A stretch of DNA of 63,741 bases, the filler included, from Octopus bimaculoides (taxonomy: Eukaryota), in the NCBI RefSeq assembly GCF_001194135.2. It is 6 parts of 6 records of this genome, joined end to end, with 100 filler letters (N's around TTAATTAATTAA, not from the genome) between each part and the next. Parts side by side here need not be neighbours in the genome. Positions count along the whole stretch, not along the records: positions 62,389 to 63,741 come from NW_026309000.1; 5 more parts are not named here. One strand, given 5' to 3'. The translations under genes and the position numbers were made by a program. Shown one piece after another: positions 63,708 through 63,741 of this stretch. Positions within the stretch are counted from its first letter, which is position 1. Each line of letters starts with the position of its first letter. The notes beneath the pieces were generated by a model. The model ran no database searches and was not told the DNA's origin. It saw nothing but the letters and a program-made list of their open reading frames with translations.

Positions 63708-63741
<34 letters not shown>

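Overview
AT-rich, microsatellite- and transposon-dense animal genomic DNA from a gapped draft assembly. The SINE families look like those of octopus (inferred from recognition, not a database search). Five 100-nt spacers (44 N + TTAATTAATTAA + 44 N) show the window is stitched from six separately assembled blocks. Host-gene content is sparse. Two + strand exons of an NADH-cytochrome b5 reductase (CYB5R3-like; 34613-34753 and 41421-41493) are present, but I could not find its first exon or its later exons. A spliced - strand gene not obvious from the ORF track (exons 58362-58473 and 54584-54707, candidate 5' exons 60066-60131 and 60654-60732) encodes a short cationic six-cysteine domain I cannot assign to a family. 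The rest is decayed piggyBac, mariner, hAT, Penelope (GIY-YIG), RTE, CR1/L2-like, Tx1/L1-like and RLE-type LINE remnants, three tRNA-derived SINE families, TTAA-flanked MITEs, two long near-perfect hairpins and simple repeats. Reading for RNA structure gives five minimal type I hammerhead-ribozyme-like motifs of unrelated sequence: three with intact or near-intact cores and two decayed, one of the latter in the tail of a tRNA-headed element. Most listed ORFs are repeat artefacts. Repeat boundaries are approximate unless a TSD or TIR is quoted.
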